DNA from: Blastocatellia bacterium
GTDB taxonomy: Bacteria; Acidobacteriota; Blastocatellia; Pyrinomonadales; Pyrinomonadaceae
Length of the DNA stretch: 64,000 nucleotides
Reading direction: 5' to 3'
NCBI GenBank assembly: GCA_033858155.1
Contig: JAWVCT010000043.1
Span: 6,351 to 70,350 of the forward strand
The notes under the pieces are model-generated. The model did not search any database, was not told the origin of the DNA, and was given only the letters and a program-made list of their open reading frames with translations. The number at the start of each line of letters is the position of its first letter. The stretch's first letter is position 1. The position numbers and the translations under genes were made by a program. Shown here in pieces: positions 27,869 to 38,538 of the stretch.

Positions 27869-28720
27869 ATGCTTCTCCAAATGCCCCTCGTTTCCGAACA
27901 ACTTGCTGCCTACGATCGCGACGGATTCCTGGTGCTCGAAGACTTCGTGGATGAGCGAGCCTGCGACCGCCTGCGTGAACGAGCCGCAGAGCTCGTACGC
28001 GATTTTGATCCTCAAGGGCTTGTCTCGATTTTCTCGACTCGAGAGCAGACGCGCACTAGTGACGATTATTTTCTCGAGTCAGGGGACAAGATTCGCTTCT
28101 TCTTCGAAGAGAATGCGTTTAATCCCGACGGTACGCTGCGCCAGAGCAGAGAGCGATCGATCAACAAGATCGGCCATGCTCTGCACGACCTCGATCCGAT
28201 CTTTGATTCTTTTTCGCGCACGCCGGAAGTCAAACAACTCGTTACTGACCTTGGTATCGTTGACCCACTGCTACTTCAGTCAATGTATATTTTCAAACAG
28301 CCGCGGATCGGCGGCGAAGTTACTTGCCATCACGACGCGACTTTTCTCTTCACCGAGCCCTTGCGTCTGGTGGGTCTATGGTTCGCGCTGGAAGATGCGA
28401 CGATTGAGAATGGATGCCTCTGGGTGATTCCGGGCGGACACAAACTGGGATTGAAGTCACGGTTCGTCCGCGCCGAAGGCGACGGCACGCGCTTCGAAGT
28501 AATCGATAGCACGCCGTGGCCGGAAGATAAGTTGCAGCCTCTGGAAGTGAAGAAGGGGACTGTTATCGTCCTGCACGGTCTGCTGCCACATCTCAGCCGC
28601 GAGAACCAATCATCGAGATCGAGACATGCGTACACGCTGCATATCATCGACGCCTCAGCTCGCTATCCGGAAAGTAATTGGTTACAGAGATCGGCGGAAA
28701 TGCCGCTGCGGGGATTCTAA
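27869..28720 (+). CDS. phytanoyl-CoA dioxygenase (PhyH) family Fe(II)/2OG oxygenase
   Basis: It has the HxD triad element CHHDATF and a distal His in SRHAYTLH, over about 280 aa. The track start at 27575 runs through a repeat (27657-27685). Confidence 0.8.
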   Translation: MLLQMPLVSEQLAAYDRDGFLVLEDFVDERACDRLRERAAELVRDFDPQGLVSIFSTREQTRTSDDYFLESGDKIRFFFEENAFNPDGTLRQSRERSINKIGHALHDLDPIFDSFSRTPEVKQLVTDLGIVDPLLLQSMYIFKQPRIGGEVTCHHDATFLFTEPLRLVGLWFALEDATIENGCLWVIPGGHKLGLKSRFVRAEGDGTRFEVIDSTPWPEDKLQPLEVKKGTVIVLHGLLPHLSRENQSSRSRHAYTLHIIDASARYPESNWLQRSAEMPLRGF

Positions 28721-28737
28721 ATCTTGCTTGGGTGGAT

Positions 28738-28844
28738 CGCGGACATCCTGTCCGCCAGCGGGCGCAGCCCGCTCATATCTTACCGTAAGCATTACTTTCG
28801 AGGGTTGTTCGCGCTGCGCGCTCAGGCGGACAGGATGTCCGCGC
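28738..28844. repeat. inverted pair, GCGGACA-tcc-TGTCCGC family
   Basis: CGCGGACATCCTGTCCGCCAGCGGGCGCAGCCCGC (28738-28772) matches the rev-comp of GCGCTGCGCGCTCAGGCGGACAGGATGTCCGCGC (28811-28844). It lies between convergent genes. A degenerate relative is at 20959-21007. Confidence 0.8.
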
Positions 28845-28851
28845 TCCGCTG

Positions 28852-30714
28852 TCACTCAACCGTTACCGACTTCGCCAAATTCCTCGGCTGATCGACGTCG
28901 CAACCTCGTCGCACGGCGATGTGATAAGCGAGCAGTTGCAGCGGAATTATCGAAAGGATTGGCGTCAGCAAATCGCTGGAGGCAGGAATCTCGATTACGT
29001 GATCGGAAACCACGGAAGACATCGTATCGCCCTCCGTCAAAACGGAAATCACGATGCCTTCGCGCGCCTTAACTTCCACGATATTCGAATGAGTTTTTTC
29101 ATAGCGCAGCTCGGAAGCGCGATTGCCGGCTTCGCGGGTGTTGATGAACATTACCGGCAGCCGCTCATCGATCAAAGCGTTGGGCCCGTGCTTCATCTCG
29201 CCGGCTGGGTAGCCTTCGGCGTGAATGTAGGAAATCTCTTTCAGTTTCAGCGCGCCTTCGAGCGAGACCGGAAAATTGATGCCGCGTCCCAGATAGAGAA
29301 AATCGGTGGCCCGGAAGAATTCCTTTGATAGCTCTTCGATCGCGTCAGCATCGTTCAGCAGGTGTTCCATCTTCACCGGCAGCTCTGCGAGTTGATGCGC
29401 GTGAGCGAGGCTCTGCTCAGCACTAAGCGTTCCGCGCAATTGACCGAGATACAGCCCGAGCAGATAGAGCGCGATCATCTGTGACGTGAAAGCCTTGGTC
29501 GAAGCGACGCCTATTTCCGGACCGGCGTGAGTGAGGAGCGTGCCGTCCGCTTCCCGTGTAATCATCGAACCCTGGACGTTGCAGATAGAGAGGACTTTCC
29601 CGCCGCGCTCCTTCACTTCGCGCATTGCCGCGATGGTGTCGGCAGTTTCACCTGATTGCGAAATCACAAGCAGCAGAGTGTTCTCGTCCAGCACCGGATC
29701 GCGATAACGAAACTCAGACGCGTAATCGACCTCGACGCTGAGCCGGGCGAGTTCTTCAATCATGTATTTGCCGGCGAGTCCCGCATGCCAGGACGTGCCA
29801 CAGGCTGCGACCTTGATGGAGGTGAAGCTTCGAAAATCTGCTTCGGTGATGTTCTTCATCTCATCGAGAAAGACCCGGCCCGTGTCGAGCGAGATCCGGC
29901 CTTCCACGGTTTCGCGAACCGCGCGCGGCTGCTCATAAATCTCTTTGAGCATGAAGTGCTTGAAGCCGCCCTTTTCCGCCTGGATGGGATCCCAGGTGAT
30001 CCTTTGCATCTGCGGCTCGACCTGAGTGCCCGCGAAATCCGTGACACGGACAGAGTCCTTGGTCATGACGGCGATTTCGCCGTCCCCGAGAAAGAAAACA
30101 TCGCGCGTGTGTTCCAGGATGGCGGGAATGTCGGAGGCGACAAAGTACTCACCGTCGCCGACGCCGATTACAACCGGCGGTCCGAGGCGGGCGGAGATGA
30201 CCGTGTCGGGCTCATCGGCCGAAAGCATCGAGAGGGCAAAGATGCCGCGCAGTTCGCCGACTGTCTCGCGCACCGCCTGCTCGAAGTTGTTTCCTTGCTT
30301 GAGGTGCTCTTCAATCAAGTGCGCTACGATTTCCGTGTCGGTTTCGGTGACAAATTGATGGTCCTTCTTCCGCAGGTCGTCCTTTAATTCCAGATAGTTT
30401 TCGATAATCCCGTTGTGAACGACGACGACGCGGCCGGTGCAGTCGCGATGAGGGTGCGCGTTTTCTTCGGTGGGGCGGCCGTGCGTGGCCCAGCGCGTGT
30501 GGCCGACTCCGTAAGTGCCGTCGAGCGGCTGCTGTCGCAAAACCTCTTCGAGGTTGCGCAGCTTCCCTTCGGCGCGCCGAATCTTAAGATGATGGCTCTC
30601 GTCGACGACGGCAATGCCGGCCGAGTCATAGCCGCGGTATTCGAGCTTGCGCAGGCCGTCGATTATCAACGGCACCACCTGTTTGTTTCCGACGTATCCG
30701 ACTATTCCACACAT
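28852..30714 (-). CDS. glmS: glutamine--fructose-6-phosphate aminotransferase
   Basis: It starts MCGIVGYVG (Ntn Cys), has two SIS domains and a C-terminal ..LAKSVTVE. The ATG is at 30714. Confidence 0.95.
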   Translation of the reverse strand: MCGIVGYVGNKQVVPLIIDGLRKLEYRGYDSAGIAVVDESHHLKIRRAEGKLRNLEEVLRQQPLDGTYGVGHTRWATHGRPTEENAHPHRDCTGRVVVVHNGIIENYLELKDDLRKKDHQFVTETDTEIVAHLIEEHLKQGNNFEQAVRETVGELRGIFALSMLSADEPDTVISARLGPPVVIGVGDGEYFVASDIPAILEHTRDVFFLGDGEIAVMTKDSVRVTDFAGTQVEPQMQRITWDPIQAEKGGFKHFMLKEIYEQPRAVRETVEGRISLDTGRVFLDEMKNITEADFRSFTSIKVAACGTSWHAGLAGKYMIEELARLSVEVDYASEFRYRDPVLDENTLLLVISQSGETADTIAAMREVKERGGKVLSICNVQGSMITREADGTLLTHAGPEIGVASTKAFTSQMIALYLLGLYLGQLRGTLSAEQSLAHAHQLAELPVKMEHLLNDADAIEELSKEFFRATDFLYLGRGINFPVSLEGALKLKEISYIHAEGYPAGEMKHGPNALIDERLPVMFINTREAGNRASELRYEKTHSNIVEVKAREGIVISVLTEGDTMSSVVSDHVIEIPASSDLLTPILSIIPLQLLAYHIAVRRGCDVDQPRNLAKSVTVE

Positions 30715-30777
30715 ATCAGTTGGCAGTGAGCGGTAAGCAGACAATCGGCGCGTCATGTTCTTGCACGCCGCGGATTC

Positions 30778-32205
30778 TCACTTTTTTGTCGCTTCCGTTT
30801 CCCCTTCATTGAACTTCTTCTTTACTCTAGCCGGAACGCCGGCAACCAAAGTGTTCGCGGGCACGTCTTCCGTAACTACCGACCCTGCGGCGGTCACTGA
30901 ATCATCGCCAACCTGCACGGGGGCGATGAGCATTGTGTCTGAGCCGATTCTGACACGACTCCCAATTACGGTGCGATGTTTATCCTTACCGTCGTAATTG
31001 CACGTTACGGTTCCCGCCCCGATGTTGGTGTCTTCGCCAATTGTGGCGTCGCCAAGATAGGTGAGATGCATAGACTTTGTGCCGCGTCCAATCTGCGACT
31101 TCTTAACTTCCACAAAGTTGCCCACCACGGCACGCTCTTCCATACGCGCGTTCATACGTAAGTGAGCGAATGGTCCGACTGCGCAGTCATCGGCAATCTC
31201 GGAATCGACGATCACGCAATGATCTTTAATCGTCACTCGATCGCCGAGACGGGAATCCGTGATGCGCGAGCCCTGTTTGATTTCGCATTCTTCGCCGATA
31301 ACCGACTTGCCCTCGATATGCACGTTCGGATGAATTATTGAATCACGCCCGATCTGCGCATCCGTGCTGATGTAAGCCTGCGACGGATCTATGAAGGTAA
31401 CCCCGCCATCCAACATCAGTCGCCGCACAGCACCGCGACGGATCAGGTTCTCGAACTCGGCCAATTCCGCGCGAGTGTTCACGCCTGAGACTTCACGCGC
31501 GTCCTGGTGCTGATAAATCGTGACTTGCTCTCCGTCATCTTTCAGAATGCCGGGAACATCAGTTAGATAGTATTCACCCTGGCTGTTGATCGGCCGGACG
31601 CGCGCCAGCGCCTGGAAAAGTTTTTCGCTCTCAAAACAGTAGATGCCGGCATTGACTTCCCGGATCTGCTTTTCATCATCGGTGGCATCCTTTTGCTCGA
31701 CTATCTTGAGAAAGTTGCTCGCTTCGTCGCGCACTAAACGTCCATAGCCGGTGGGATTTTCCAGGCGAACGGAAAGAATTGTGCAGGATGCTTTGACGTT
31801 GAGATGCTGGTCGATCAATGCTCGCAGAGTTTCGACGCGAACCAGAGGAACGTCGCCCGAAAGAATCAACACGGTCGGGTTCGCGCCTGCCAAAGCGCTC
31901 TGCGCCGCCATGACCGCGTCGCCGGTCCCACGCTGTTCCGTCTGATTGACGAAAGTTGCCTGCTCGATACCGAGTTCTTTCTCAACCGCCGCCCGGACGT
32001 TGTCGGCCTGGTGGCCAACAATCACATAAGTCCGCCGTGGTTCCAACAATGCCGCGGTGCGGCAGACATGGGCGATGATCGGCCGCCCGCCAAGCTTGTG
32101 CAGCACCTTCGCCATGCGCGATTTCATGCGCGTGCCGAGGCCGGCAGCGAGAATGAGAATATCCAGGTTCGTCGATGGCGCTGTCTGATTTGCCTCTGCT
32201 GTCAT
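30778..32205 (-). CDS. glmU: bifunctional GlcNAc-1-P uridyltransferase / GlcN-1-P acetyltransferase
   Basis: LAAGLGTRMKS nucleotide-binding motif and a C-terminal left-handed beta-helix of hexapeptide repeats. Confidence 0.93.
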   Translation of the reverse strand: MTAEANQTAPSTNLDILILAAGLGTRMKSRMAKVLHKLGGRPIIAHVCRTAALLEPRRTYVIVGHQADNVRAAVEKELGIEQATFVNQTEQRGTGDAVMAAQSALAGANPTVLILSGDVPLVRVETLRALIDQHLNVKASCTILSVRLENPTGYGRLVRDEASNFLKIVEQKDATDDEKQIREVNAGIYCFESEKLFQALARVRPINSQGEYYLTDVPGILKDDGEQVTIYQHQDAREVSGVNTRAELAEFENLIRRGAVRRLMLDGGVTFIDPSQAYISTDAQIGRDSIIHPNVHIEGKSVIGEECEIKQGSRITDSRLGDRVTIKDHCVIVDSEIADDCAVGPFAHLRMNARMEERAVVGNFVEVKKSQIGRGTKSMHLTYLGDATIGEDTNIGAGTVTCNYDGKDKHRTVIGSRVRIGSDTMLIAPVQVGDDSVTAAGSVVTEDVPANTLVAGVPARVKKKFNEGETEATKK

Positions 32206-32234
32206 TCGCTTATTTTATCGTGCTGCGTGGTGAA

Positions 32235-33266
32235 CTAGGATTCCATGCCCGCCAGAGGTCGTAAACGGGCCCTGTCGGCGCAAGCGATGACGACGCGCGC
32301 CAAACGTTCAGAGTTGTGACGCACCATCTCGCCGTCATCCAGCAGGTCGGTGCGCACGATCTCGGTTTGAGGGTCGAGAGCGTCGATTTCCGTCTCGTCC
32401 AAGCCTACCTGATAGGCGGCGTCGGCGCGGTACATCTCCGCCTGGGTCGAGCTAATAGGACGATTGTTAAGCAGAACATAATCAAAGTCGATACTGGGGG
32501 CGTACTTCTTCACTGCTTCGAGATGCCGGCGCAGGTCGTAACCGTCCGTCTCGCCTGGTTGCGTCATTAAGTTAGCAATAAAAAATTTCGTTGCGTTCGA
32601 TCTGCCAATGGCGTCGGCAACCCAATCCACGATCAAGTTTGGAATGATACTCGTGTACAAGGATCCCGGGCCAACAGTGATCACATCGGCTGCGCGGATC
32701 GCAGCCATTGTTTGGGGGAGGGGCAGACAGTGCTCAGGCTCTAGTCGCAAGCTTCGGATTGGTGACCGGGCGGCGGTGATTTGGGTTTCGCCGTGGACCA
32801 CTCGACCGTCTTCCAGTTCCGCGACCAGGCGAACGTCGTTGATCGTCGCCGGATATATGTGGCCTTTGCTGGCAAGCACTTCCGACGACAGCCGCACAGC
32901 CTCAACAAAATCTCCGGTGACATCGGCCAGGGCCGCCAGAAACAAATTACCAAAACTGTGCCCCGCCAAATCGCCTGAGCCGCGAAATCGATAACGAAAT
33001 AAACGCGAGAGGAGAGTTGAATCTTCCGACAATGCAATCATGCAGTTGCGAATGTCTCCGGGAGGAAGGATTTGCAGTTCATCGCGGAGACGTCCCGAAC
33101 TGCCGCCATCGTCAGACACCGTAACGATCGCTGACAGAGAATCCAACCATGGGCCGTCGCCATTTTCTCCGACAAAATGCTTCAGCCCGCTCAGCAAAGT
33201 TGACAGACCAGTGCCCCCGCCGATAGCGACTAGCTTCAGGCTGCCGTTCGCTTTCTGATTCTGCAA
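32235..33266 (-). CDS. YvcK/CofD-like (UPF0052) gluconeogenesis-factor family protein
   Basis: It has AIGGGTGLSTLLSGLK and TVSDDGGSSGRLR. Confidence 0.88.
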   Translation of the reverse strand: MQNQKANGSLKLVAIGGGTGLSTLLSGLKHFVGENGDGPWLDSLSAIVTVSDDGGSSGRLRDELQILPPGDIRNCMIALSEDSTLLSRLFRYRFRGSGDLAGHSFGNLFLAALADVTGDFVEAVRLSSEVLASKGHIYPATINDVRLVAELEDGRVVHGETQITAARSPIRSLRLEPEHCLPLPQTMAAIRAADVITVGPGSLYTSIIPNLIVDWVADAIGRSNATKFFIANLMTQPGETDGYDLRRHLEAVKKYAPSIDFDYVLLNNRPISSTQAEMYRADAAYQVGLDETEIDALDPQTEIVRTDLLDDGEMVRHNSERLARVVIACADRARLRPLAGMES

Positions 33267-33392
33267 GTAATTGCTCCGGTGTGACCCTGCGGTGTTTACT
33301 AAGCGGAAATAATACCTGAAAGCTAAATGCTTTCAAACATGACGCACGAACATAGAACAGCATGCTGTCGCTGCAGGAAGGACGTTGAGGGG

Positions 33393-34280
33393 CTAGTCGC
33401 GAGCAGCAAAGACTAACTGATCGAATTCGGGATCGCTGCGCAGGGCATTAAGGTCCTGATCGCGTTGAGCACGGATTCGCAATGAAGGTTGGAGGCCCAG
33501 GGCGCGCCCCAAAGCTTTGAGCGCAGTATCGATCGCCCCCAGACGCGCTCGGCTCGCCGCCAGACCGTAATGGATGTGAGCAGCTTCGGGTTCGCGTCTG
33601 AGTGCGCGCTCAAAGAGTTCCTGCGCCGCGACATACTCGCCCCGATTCAACTCAATTACACCTCGATCGTAAAGTGAATCCGCGTCCCTGGGTAACGCGA
33701 GCTCAGTGCGCAAACGTGTCTCGGCGACGGCAAGATAAGTACGCGCCCGAGCGGTAACTTCAGCAACCGTAGAATGTTTTTCAACTAAAGAGCGAAACTG
33801 GTTCCGCGCCTCGGCAAAATGACCGCGAGTAAATTCTTTGTGCGCCGCTTCGAAAGCGCGAAGGGCAGCGGCCTCGTCATGCGTGGGTTGCGGCGGCGGA
33901 GGCGCCGGCGCCTGCTTCTTGAATACCAGAGACCCTTTGGTCTGTCTCGGTTTGGCTTTGGTCTGCGTGGCCGCTTTCTTCCCATGGCTTACAGCAATTG
34001 GCCGGGTCGCCTTCGCCGACTTACTGGATTTGGTTAAGGTCTTCGCGACCTGTCTTTTCGCCGAGACTGGTGACTTGGGTTTTGGTTTGGAAGTGCGGAC
34101 CTTTGCCGCTTTCCGGGCCCGCGCCTTTCCCGCTGGCGAACGTTTGGTGGCCGGCTTCAGACGGGTTGTCTTAGCCGCGACCACACGCTTGCGAGATGAC
34201 GACACACCGGTTGAATGGCGCGACGAAGAGCGCGATGCAAGTTTTTTCACACTCTTGGCGATGGGACTGCTCATGCGCAA
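33393..34280 (-). CDS. Lys/Ala/Ser-rich (histone H1-like) N-terminal region fused to TPR-like repeats
   Basis: Residues 1-130 are K/A/S/T/P/R-rich (..KPKPKSPVSAKRQVAKTLTKSSKSAKA..). The C-terminal half is helical and TPR-like (LYDRGVIELNRGEYVAAQELFERALRREPE..). Confidence 0.7.
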   Translation of the reverse strand: MRMSSPIAKSVKKLASRSSSRHSTGVSSSRKRVVAAKTTRLKPATKRSPAGKARARKAAKVRTSKPKPKSPVSAKRQVAKTLTKSSKSAKATRPIAVSHGKKAATQTKAKPRQTKGSLVFKKQAPAPPPPQPTHDEAAALRAFEAAHKEFTRGHFAEARNQFRSLVEKHSTVAEVTARARTYLAVAETRLRTELALPRDADSLYDRGVIELNRGEYVAAQELFERALRREPEAAHIHYGLAASRARLGAIDTALKALGRALGLQPSLRIRAQRDQDLNALRSDPEFDQLVFAARD

Positions 34281-34652
34281 AGCCCTCGATTCATTGACGA
34301 TTCACCACAAAGATCGCCGCAAAAAACAAGGCGGAGCTTAACATAGCTGCCTATCTAATTCAACGAAAGAGTAGGGTTTGCGGCTATGTATCGGGGCTCT
34401 GTTCAACGGTTACAGTCAACGATGGCCGACGGATAACACTTGATGGCCTGTTAAGTGCCGTGTTAATGTGACTCGTGAGGTTTGGCGACCCGCGTTTTGA
34501 CTCGCCCAATTCGAAAATTTAGTAGGCACGCAAGGCCGGATGCCCACGCCTTATTTAATTTCTGCCTCAAGATTAGACCTTCTGGGGCTTCCCAAAACGG
34601 TATCAGCCCGCCCCCCTCGCTGTTTTCTTTCAAAATCCGGTCGAACCTTCTA

Positions 34653-35141
34653 ATGGCTAACGGTCCAATTCTAATTCGCGAACAGCGCTATCACCAGATC
34701 AAGGCGGTGCTGGCGCGCCTGCGGCTGGATTCCTCTGCCCGCCTGGTGGTTCTGGTCGACAAAGACGGGCAACAGATCGCGGTCCATGGGGAACTGGGAG
34801 AACTGGACACGACCAGCCTAGCCTCGTTGGCAGCGGGCAACGTCGCGGCCACCGGCGGCATGGCCAAGCTGATTGGGGAAAGAGAGTTCCCAACCCTCTC
34901 TCACGAGGGTGAGCGCGAGAGTATTCATATCAGCGTTATTGGCCGAGTCTTGTTAGTGGTAGTGTTTGACGACCGATCGAGCCTGGGCCTGGTTAAGCTT
35001 CGATCCAGGCAAATATCACACGAACTGGCAATGGCATTTTCCGAGATAGAACGTGAATCCGAGTTGGCGGCTGCGGATAATTCGCTCCCCTTCTCGGAAA
35101 TTACAGACGAGGAGATCGACAGCCTTTTTTCAAACCGGTAA
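34653..35141 (+). CDS. mglB: roadblock/LC7 protein, MglB-like GTPase-activating protein
   Basis: It sits directly upstream of mglA. The roadblock-like core is [18 protein letters not shown]...[16 protein letters not shown], with an acidic C-terminal tail. Confidence 0.8.
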   Translation: MANGPILIREQRYHQIKAVLARLRLDSSARLVVLVDKDGQQIAVHGELGELDTTSLASLAAGNVAATGGMAKLIGEREFPTLSHEGERESIHISVIGRVLLVVVFDDRSSLGLVKLRSRQISHELAMAFSEIERESELAAADNSLPFSEITDEEIDSLFSNR

Positions 35142-35190
35142 GCGAACTGAAGCGCCCTTCAGCCGCTTCGATGACTATGGCCGAGCCCCT

Positions 35191-35775
35191 ATGACATTCA
35201 TTAACTACGCATCACGAGAGATAAACTGCAAGATCGTTTACTACGGACCCGGGCTTTGTGGCAAGACTACGAACCTTCAGCATATCTATGACTCGACGTC
35301 GGCGCAGGCCAGAGGCAAGTTAATCAGTTTGGCGACTGAGACCGATCGCACATTATTTTTCGACTTCATGCCGTTGGAATTGGGGACCGTGCGTGGCTTC
35401 AAGACCCGGTTTCATCTTTACACCGTCCCCGGGCAAGTTTTCTATGAAGCATCACGCAAGTTGATTCTCAAGGGCGTCGACGGTGTCGTTTTCGTCGCCG
35501 ACTCGCAGGAAGAGCGCATGGATGCCAATATCGAATCGCTCTACAATCTGGAAGAGAACCTGCGGGTTTATGGCTATGAACTGATGAAGCTTCCGTATGT
35601 TCTGCAACTGAACAAGCGGGATCTTCCCAACGTAATTCCAGCCACTGACTTGACGGCTGAACTGCAGAGGAAGGGCGAACCGGTGGTCGAGGCAGTAGCT
35701 TCGACGGGCGTCGGCGTGTTCGATACGCTGAAAGCCGTGGCTAAGCAGGTCTTAACCGAATTGCGTAGAAATTAA
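35191..35775 (+). CDS. mglA: Ras-like GTPase MglA
   Basis: [30 protein letters not shown] (P-loop), TVPGQVFY (MglA-type switch II) and LNKRD (G4). Confidence 0.92.
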   Translation: MTFINYASREINCKIVYYGPGLCGKTTNLQHIYDSTSAQARGKLISLATETDRTLFFDFMPLELGTVRGFKTRFHLYTVPGQVFYEASRKLILKGVDGVVFVADSQEERMDANIESLYNLEENLRVYGYELMKLPYVLQLNKRDLPNVIPATDLTAELQRKGEPVVEAVASTGVGVFDTLKAVAKQVLTELRRN

Positions 35776-35792
35776 GTAGGCCTGTGGGACGT

Positions 35793-36341
35793 CTAGGCGA
35801 TCGGCTTAATCATTAACAGCCCGTCGCCGCCGTTTGAGTAGTACTTCGGCAGTCTCTGAGTCACTGAATAACCCAGGCTTAAATACAGCTTCTGCGCTGA
35901 GACATTACTGGCGCGGACTTCCAGCCGCACAATCCGCACGTCCCGCCGGCGGAATCCATCTTCGATTCTTTCCATCAAGTAACTCGCCAGACGACGTCGA
36001 CGGTGCTCGGGCGCTATCCCTATGGTGGTGATGTGGCCGGTGTGGTCGGGCTCGAGCAGGCCGATGACAAATCCGGCCATGGCGCTGTTTTGGGTGACTA
36101 TGCGGTAAGAAACCGATTCAGGCGCCGTCAGTAGGTATTCGAAGGTGTCGCGACTGTAGGCTTCGCCGTCGACAAAGCAACGCTGATCCAAACGCCAGCA
36201 CTCGTCAATTTGAGAGACGGTGAGCGGACGAAGATCGTAACGCGCGTTGATCGGCGGGACCAGTGCGATGCTGGTCTGAGGGGCCGGCGACTCGCGGCCG
36301 TTGAGCCACCATCGCGGACGAAATTTTTTGAGAACTGCCAT
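35793..36341 (-). CDS. GNAT N-acetyltransferase (RimI-like)
   Basis: Acetyl-CoA motif IGIAPEHRRRRLASYLM, followed by RLEVRASNVSAQKLYLSLGY. Confidence 0.8.
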   Translation of the reverse strand: MAVLKKFRPRWWLNGRESPAPQTSIALVPPINARYDLRPLTVSQIDECWRLDQRCFVDGEAYSRDTFEYLLTAPESVSYRIVTQNSAMAGFVIGLLEPDHTGHITTIGIAPEHRRRRLASYLMERIEDGFRRRDVRIVRLEVRASNVSAQKLYLSLGYSVTQRLPKYYSNGGDGLLMIKPIA

Positions 36342-36441
36342 AGCCTGTTGCTAATCAGCCGTGGAACGTAAGAGCGTGGCGGAGATTATAGCCTGTTACC
36401 CACGGCGGTTTACAAGTGTGCGCTTTGCCTGGCGCTCGCAG

Positions 36442-37479
36442 TCACAGAATGAGCATGCAGTCGCCGTAGCTGTAAAAGCGATAGCCTTCGGTGACTGCGT
36501 GGCGGTACGCACTCAGGATCAAGTCCCGACCAGCGAATGCGCTCACGAGCATCAACAGGGACGAGCGCGGCAGATGGAAATTTGTCAGCAGAGTATCCAC
36601 AGCCCGAAATTCATAACCTGGGACGATCGTAAGATCGGCAAGTCCCGTGCGTCTCTCGATTCGATGGTCTGAGCCGGCCGCGGATTCCAGCGCGCGCGTG
36701 GTAGTTGTGCCGACTGCGACCACGCGTCCACCCGAGGTACGCGCGTCATTAATAAATTGAGCGGCTTCATCAGAGATCGACGACCATTCCGGCGCGACGC
36801 GATGGTGGCCGACATCGTCCGTGCGCACGGGTTCAAAGGTGCCGTAACCCACATGCAAAGTGATTTCAGCGATTGAAACACCTCGGGCTTTAACGTCGTC
36901 GAGTACCTTGGGAGTGAAGTGCAGCCCGGCGGTTGGAGCCGCAATCGCGCCTCTCTGGCTGGCATAAATTGTCTGATACCGATCCTTGTCATCCTCAGGG
37001 CCACCGACGCCGCGTCTGATGTAAGGAGGTAGCGGCGTCTTTCCCAGATCGTCAATCACGCTGTCTAGTTCTTCGCTCGATGCAAACTTGACCAGGCGCC
37101 GGCCATTATTCAGCAACTCGATAACTTCGGCCTGGAGCCTCGATCCGCCAAAGACTATTCGTGAACCTTTGCGCAGGCGTCGCGCGGGTCGCGCCAGGGT
37201 CTCCCAAATATTAGCCTCGATCTCGCGAACCAGTAGCAACTCCACTGCGCCGCCTGAGCCGGCTCGCTCGCCCGCAAGCCGCGCCGGAAATACCCGCGTG
37301 TTGTTGATAACTAGCGCGTCGTTTGCTTTCAAGTATTCAGGAAACAGAGTGAACTGAGAGTCGGACCACGTTTGCGCAGCACGATCGACCACCAACATTC
37401 GCGAAGCGGTGCGCTCAGCCAGTGGTTGCTGCGCAATCAACTCCGGCGGAAGTTCGTAATCAAAATCCGAAATGTGCAT
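36442..37479 (-). CDS. queA: S-adenosylmethionine:tRNA ribosyltransferase-isomerase
   Basis: It starts MHISDFDYELPPELIAQQPL and contains LPPYI and TNFHLPRSSLLMLVSAF. Confidence 0.93.
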   Translation of the reverse strand: MHISDFDYELPPELIAQQPLAERTASRMLVVDRAAQTWSDSQFTLFPEYLKANDALVINNTRVFPARLAGERAGSGGAVELLLVREIEANIWETLARPARRLRKGSRIVFGGSRLQAEVIELLNNGRRLVKFASSEELDSVIDDLGKTPLPPYIRRGVGGPEDDKDRYQTIYASQRGAIAAPTAGLHFTPKVLDDVKARGVSIAEITLHVGYGTFEPVRTDDVGHHRVAPEWSSISDEAAQFINDARTSGGRVVAVGTTTTRALESAAGSDHRIERRTGLADLTIVPGYEFRAVDTLLTNFHLPRSSLLMLVSAFAGRDLILSAYRHAVTEGYRFYSYGDCMLIL

Positions 37480-37509
37480 GCAGAGATGTGACGCGCGTAA
37501 ATCCCGGGA

Positions 37510-38436
37510 TCAGGAAAACGAAGCGGAAGGAACGTTGATGCCGGGCGCGGGCACTGGGTGTTCCATGTGCTCGCGATGGAAAACGCCGGTTAGTTGAGCG
37601 CCAAACAACAAGACCAGACTCGAGACATAACCCCAGGTCAGCACCGCCACCACCGCGCCGACCGATCCGTAAATCTGATCGTAGTGAAAATAAGCCAGGC
37701 TCCAGGCAAAAACATATTTCGCTGCTTCCCATAAGAGGCTGCCAATCAATGCGCCCGGAATGGTGTCGCGTAAGGTCACGTGGGCATTGGGCATGAAGCG
37801 GAAGACCAGTGCGAAGAGCGTGAAGGTGACTAATAAACTAACCAACGCAAATACAATTTGCCAGAACAGACTGCCGACCGAAGCGAGCAAGCGATAGTTT
37901 TCCAGTTGTCTTGGCGATAGCCGCCCGGCGATCTCCTGCAACGCCACCAGGACGGAAGTAACAAGCACTGAAACCGACAGCAGGACGCCAACGATTCCCA
38001 CCATGCCTAACGTCAACGCGCGGCCGTGCAGAAAAGTGCGCGGGCTGGTGCCCCAGATCCGATTCAAGGCACGCTCAACCACCGCGAAAACCCACGAGCC
38101 GGCCCATAACACAATAAATGCGCAGGTGATAATCATGCCCGGCCCGATATTCGAAAGCGAGCGGATCGTTTCATGCAGAAATTTACTGGAGCCGGGGTAG
38201 ACCTGCACGACATGGGTGAGCATTTCGTTGCCGGCTGCAATCTGATTGCTCAAAGCCAAAAGCAATAACAACGCCGGAAACAAGGTCAATAACCCGAAGT
38301 AGCTCATCGCCGCCGCCGACGTAAACAAATCATTCTCATGAAATTGATGCACGGCATGGGTGAGCATTCGGCCCCAGGGCGAACGATTGCGGACTCCAAA
38401 GAAATGACGAGTAAAAAACTTCATGCTGTAACGCAA
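37510..38436 (-). CDS. YihY/BrkB-family membrane protein
   Basis: It has AAAMSYFGLLTLFPALLLL and about 6 TM helices, typical of the YihY family. Confidence 0.8.
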   Translation of the reverse strand: MRYSMKFFTRHFFGVRNRSPWGRMLTHAVHQFHENDLFTSAAAMSYFGLLTLFPALLLLLALSNQIAAGNEMLTHVVQVYPGSSKFLHETIRSLSNIGPGMIITCAFIVLWAGSWVFAVVERALNRIWGTSPRTFLHGRALTLGMVGIVGVLLSVSVLVTSVLVALQEIAGRLSPRQLENYRLLASVGSLFWQIVFALVSLLVTFTLFALVFRFMPNAHVTLRDTIPGALIGSLLWEAAKYVFAWSLAYFHYDQIYGSVGAVVAVLTWGYVSSLVLLFGAQLTGVFHREHMEHPVPAPGINVPSASFS

Positions 38437-38467
38437 ATTGTTAATTTGCGATGCGCTGTCATGTTCA

Positions 38468-38525
38468 GTTTAGACGCGGCACTTGTGCCGCACCTCCGGG
38501 CGGGACAAGTCCCGCCTCCAAACGG
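38468..38525. repeat. GGCGGGACAAGTCCCGCC-family repeat (copy 1)
   Basis: TTTAGACGCGGCACTTGTGCCGC..GGCGGGACAAGTCCCGCCTCCAAACGG. Relatives lie at 44525-44603 and 53567-53635. Confidence 0.8.
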
Positions 38526-38538
38526 CCGACGCAGTCAC

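Noticed and set aside
30715-30777. glmS ribozyme upstream of glmS
   Set aside because: Only 63 nt separate glmU and glmS, which is far too short for the roughly 170-nt ribozyme. The genes appear to be co-transcribed.
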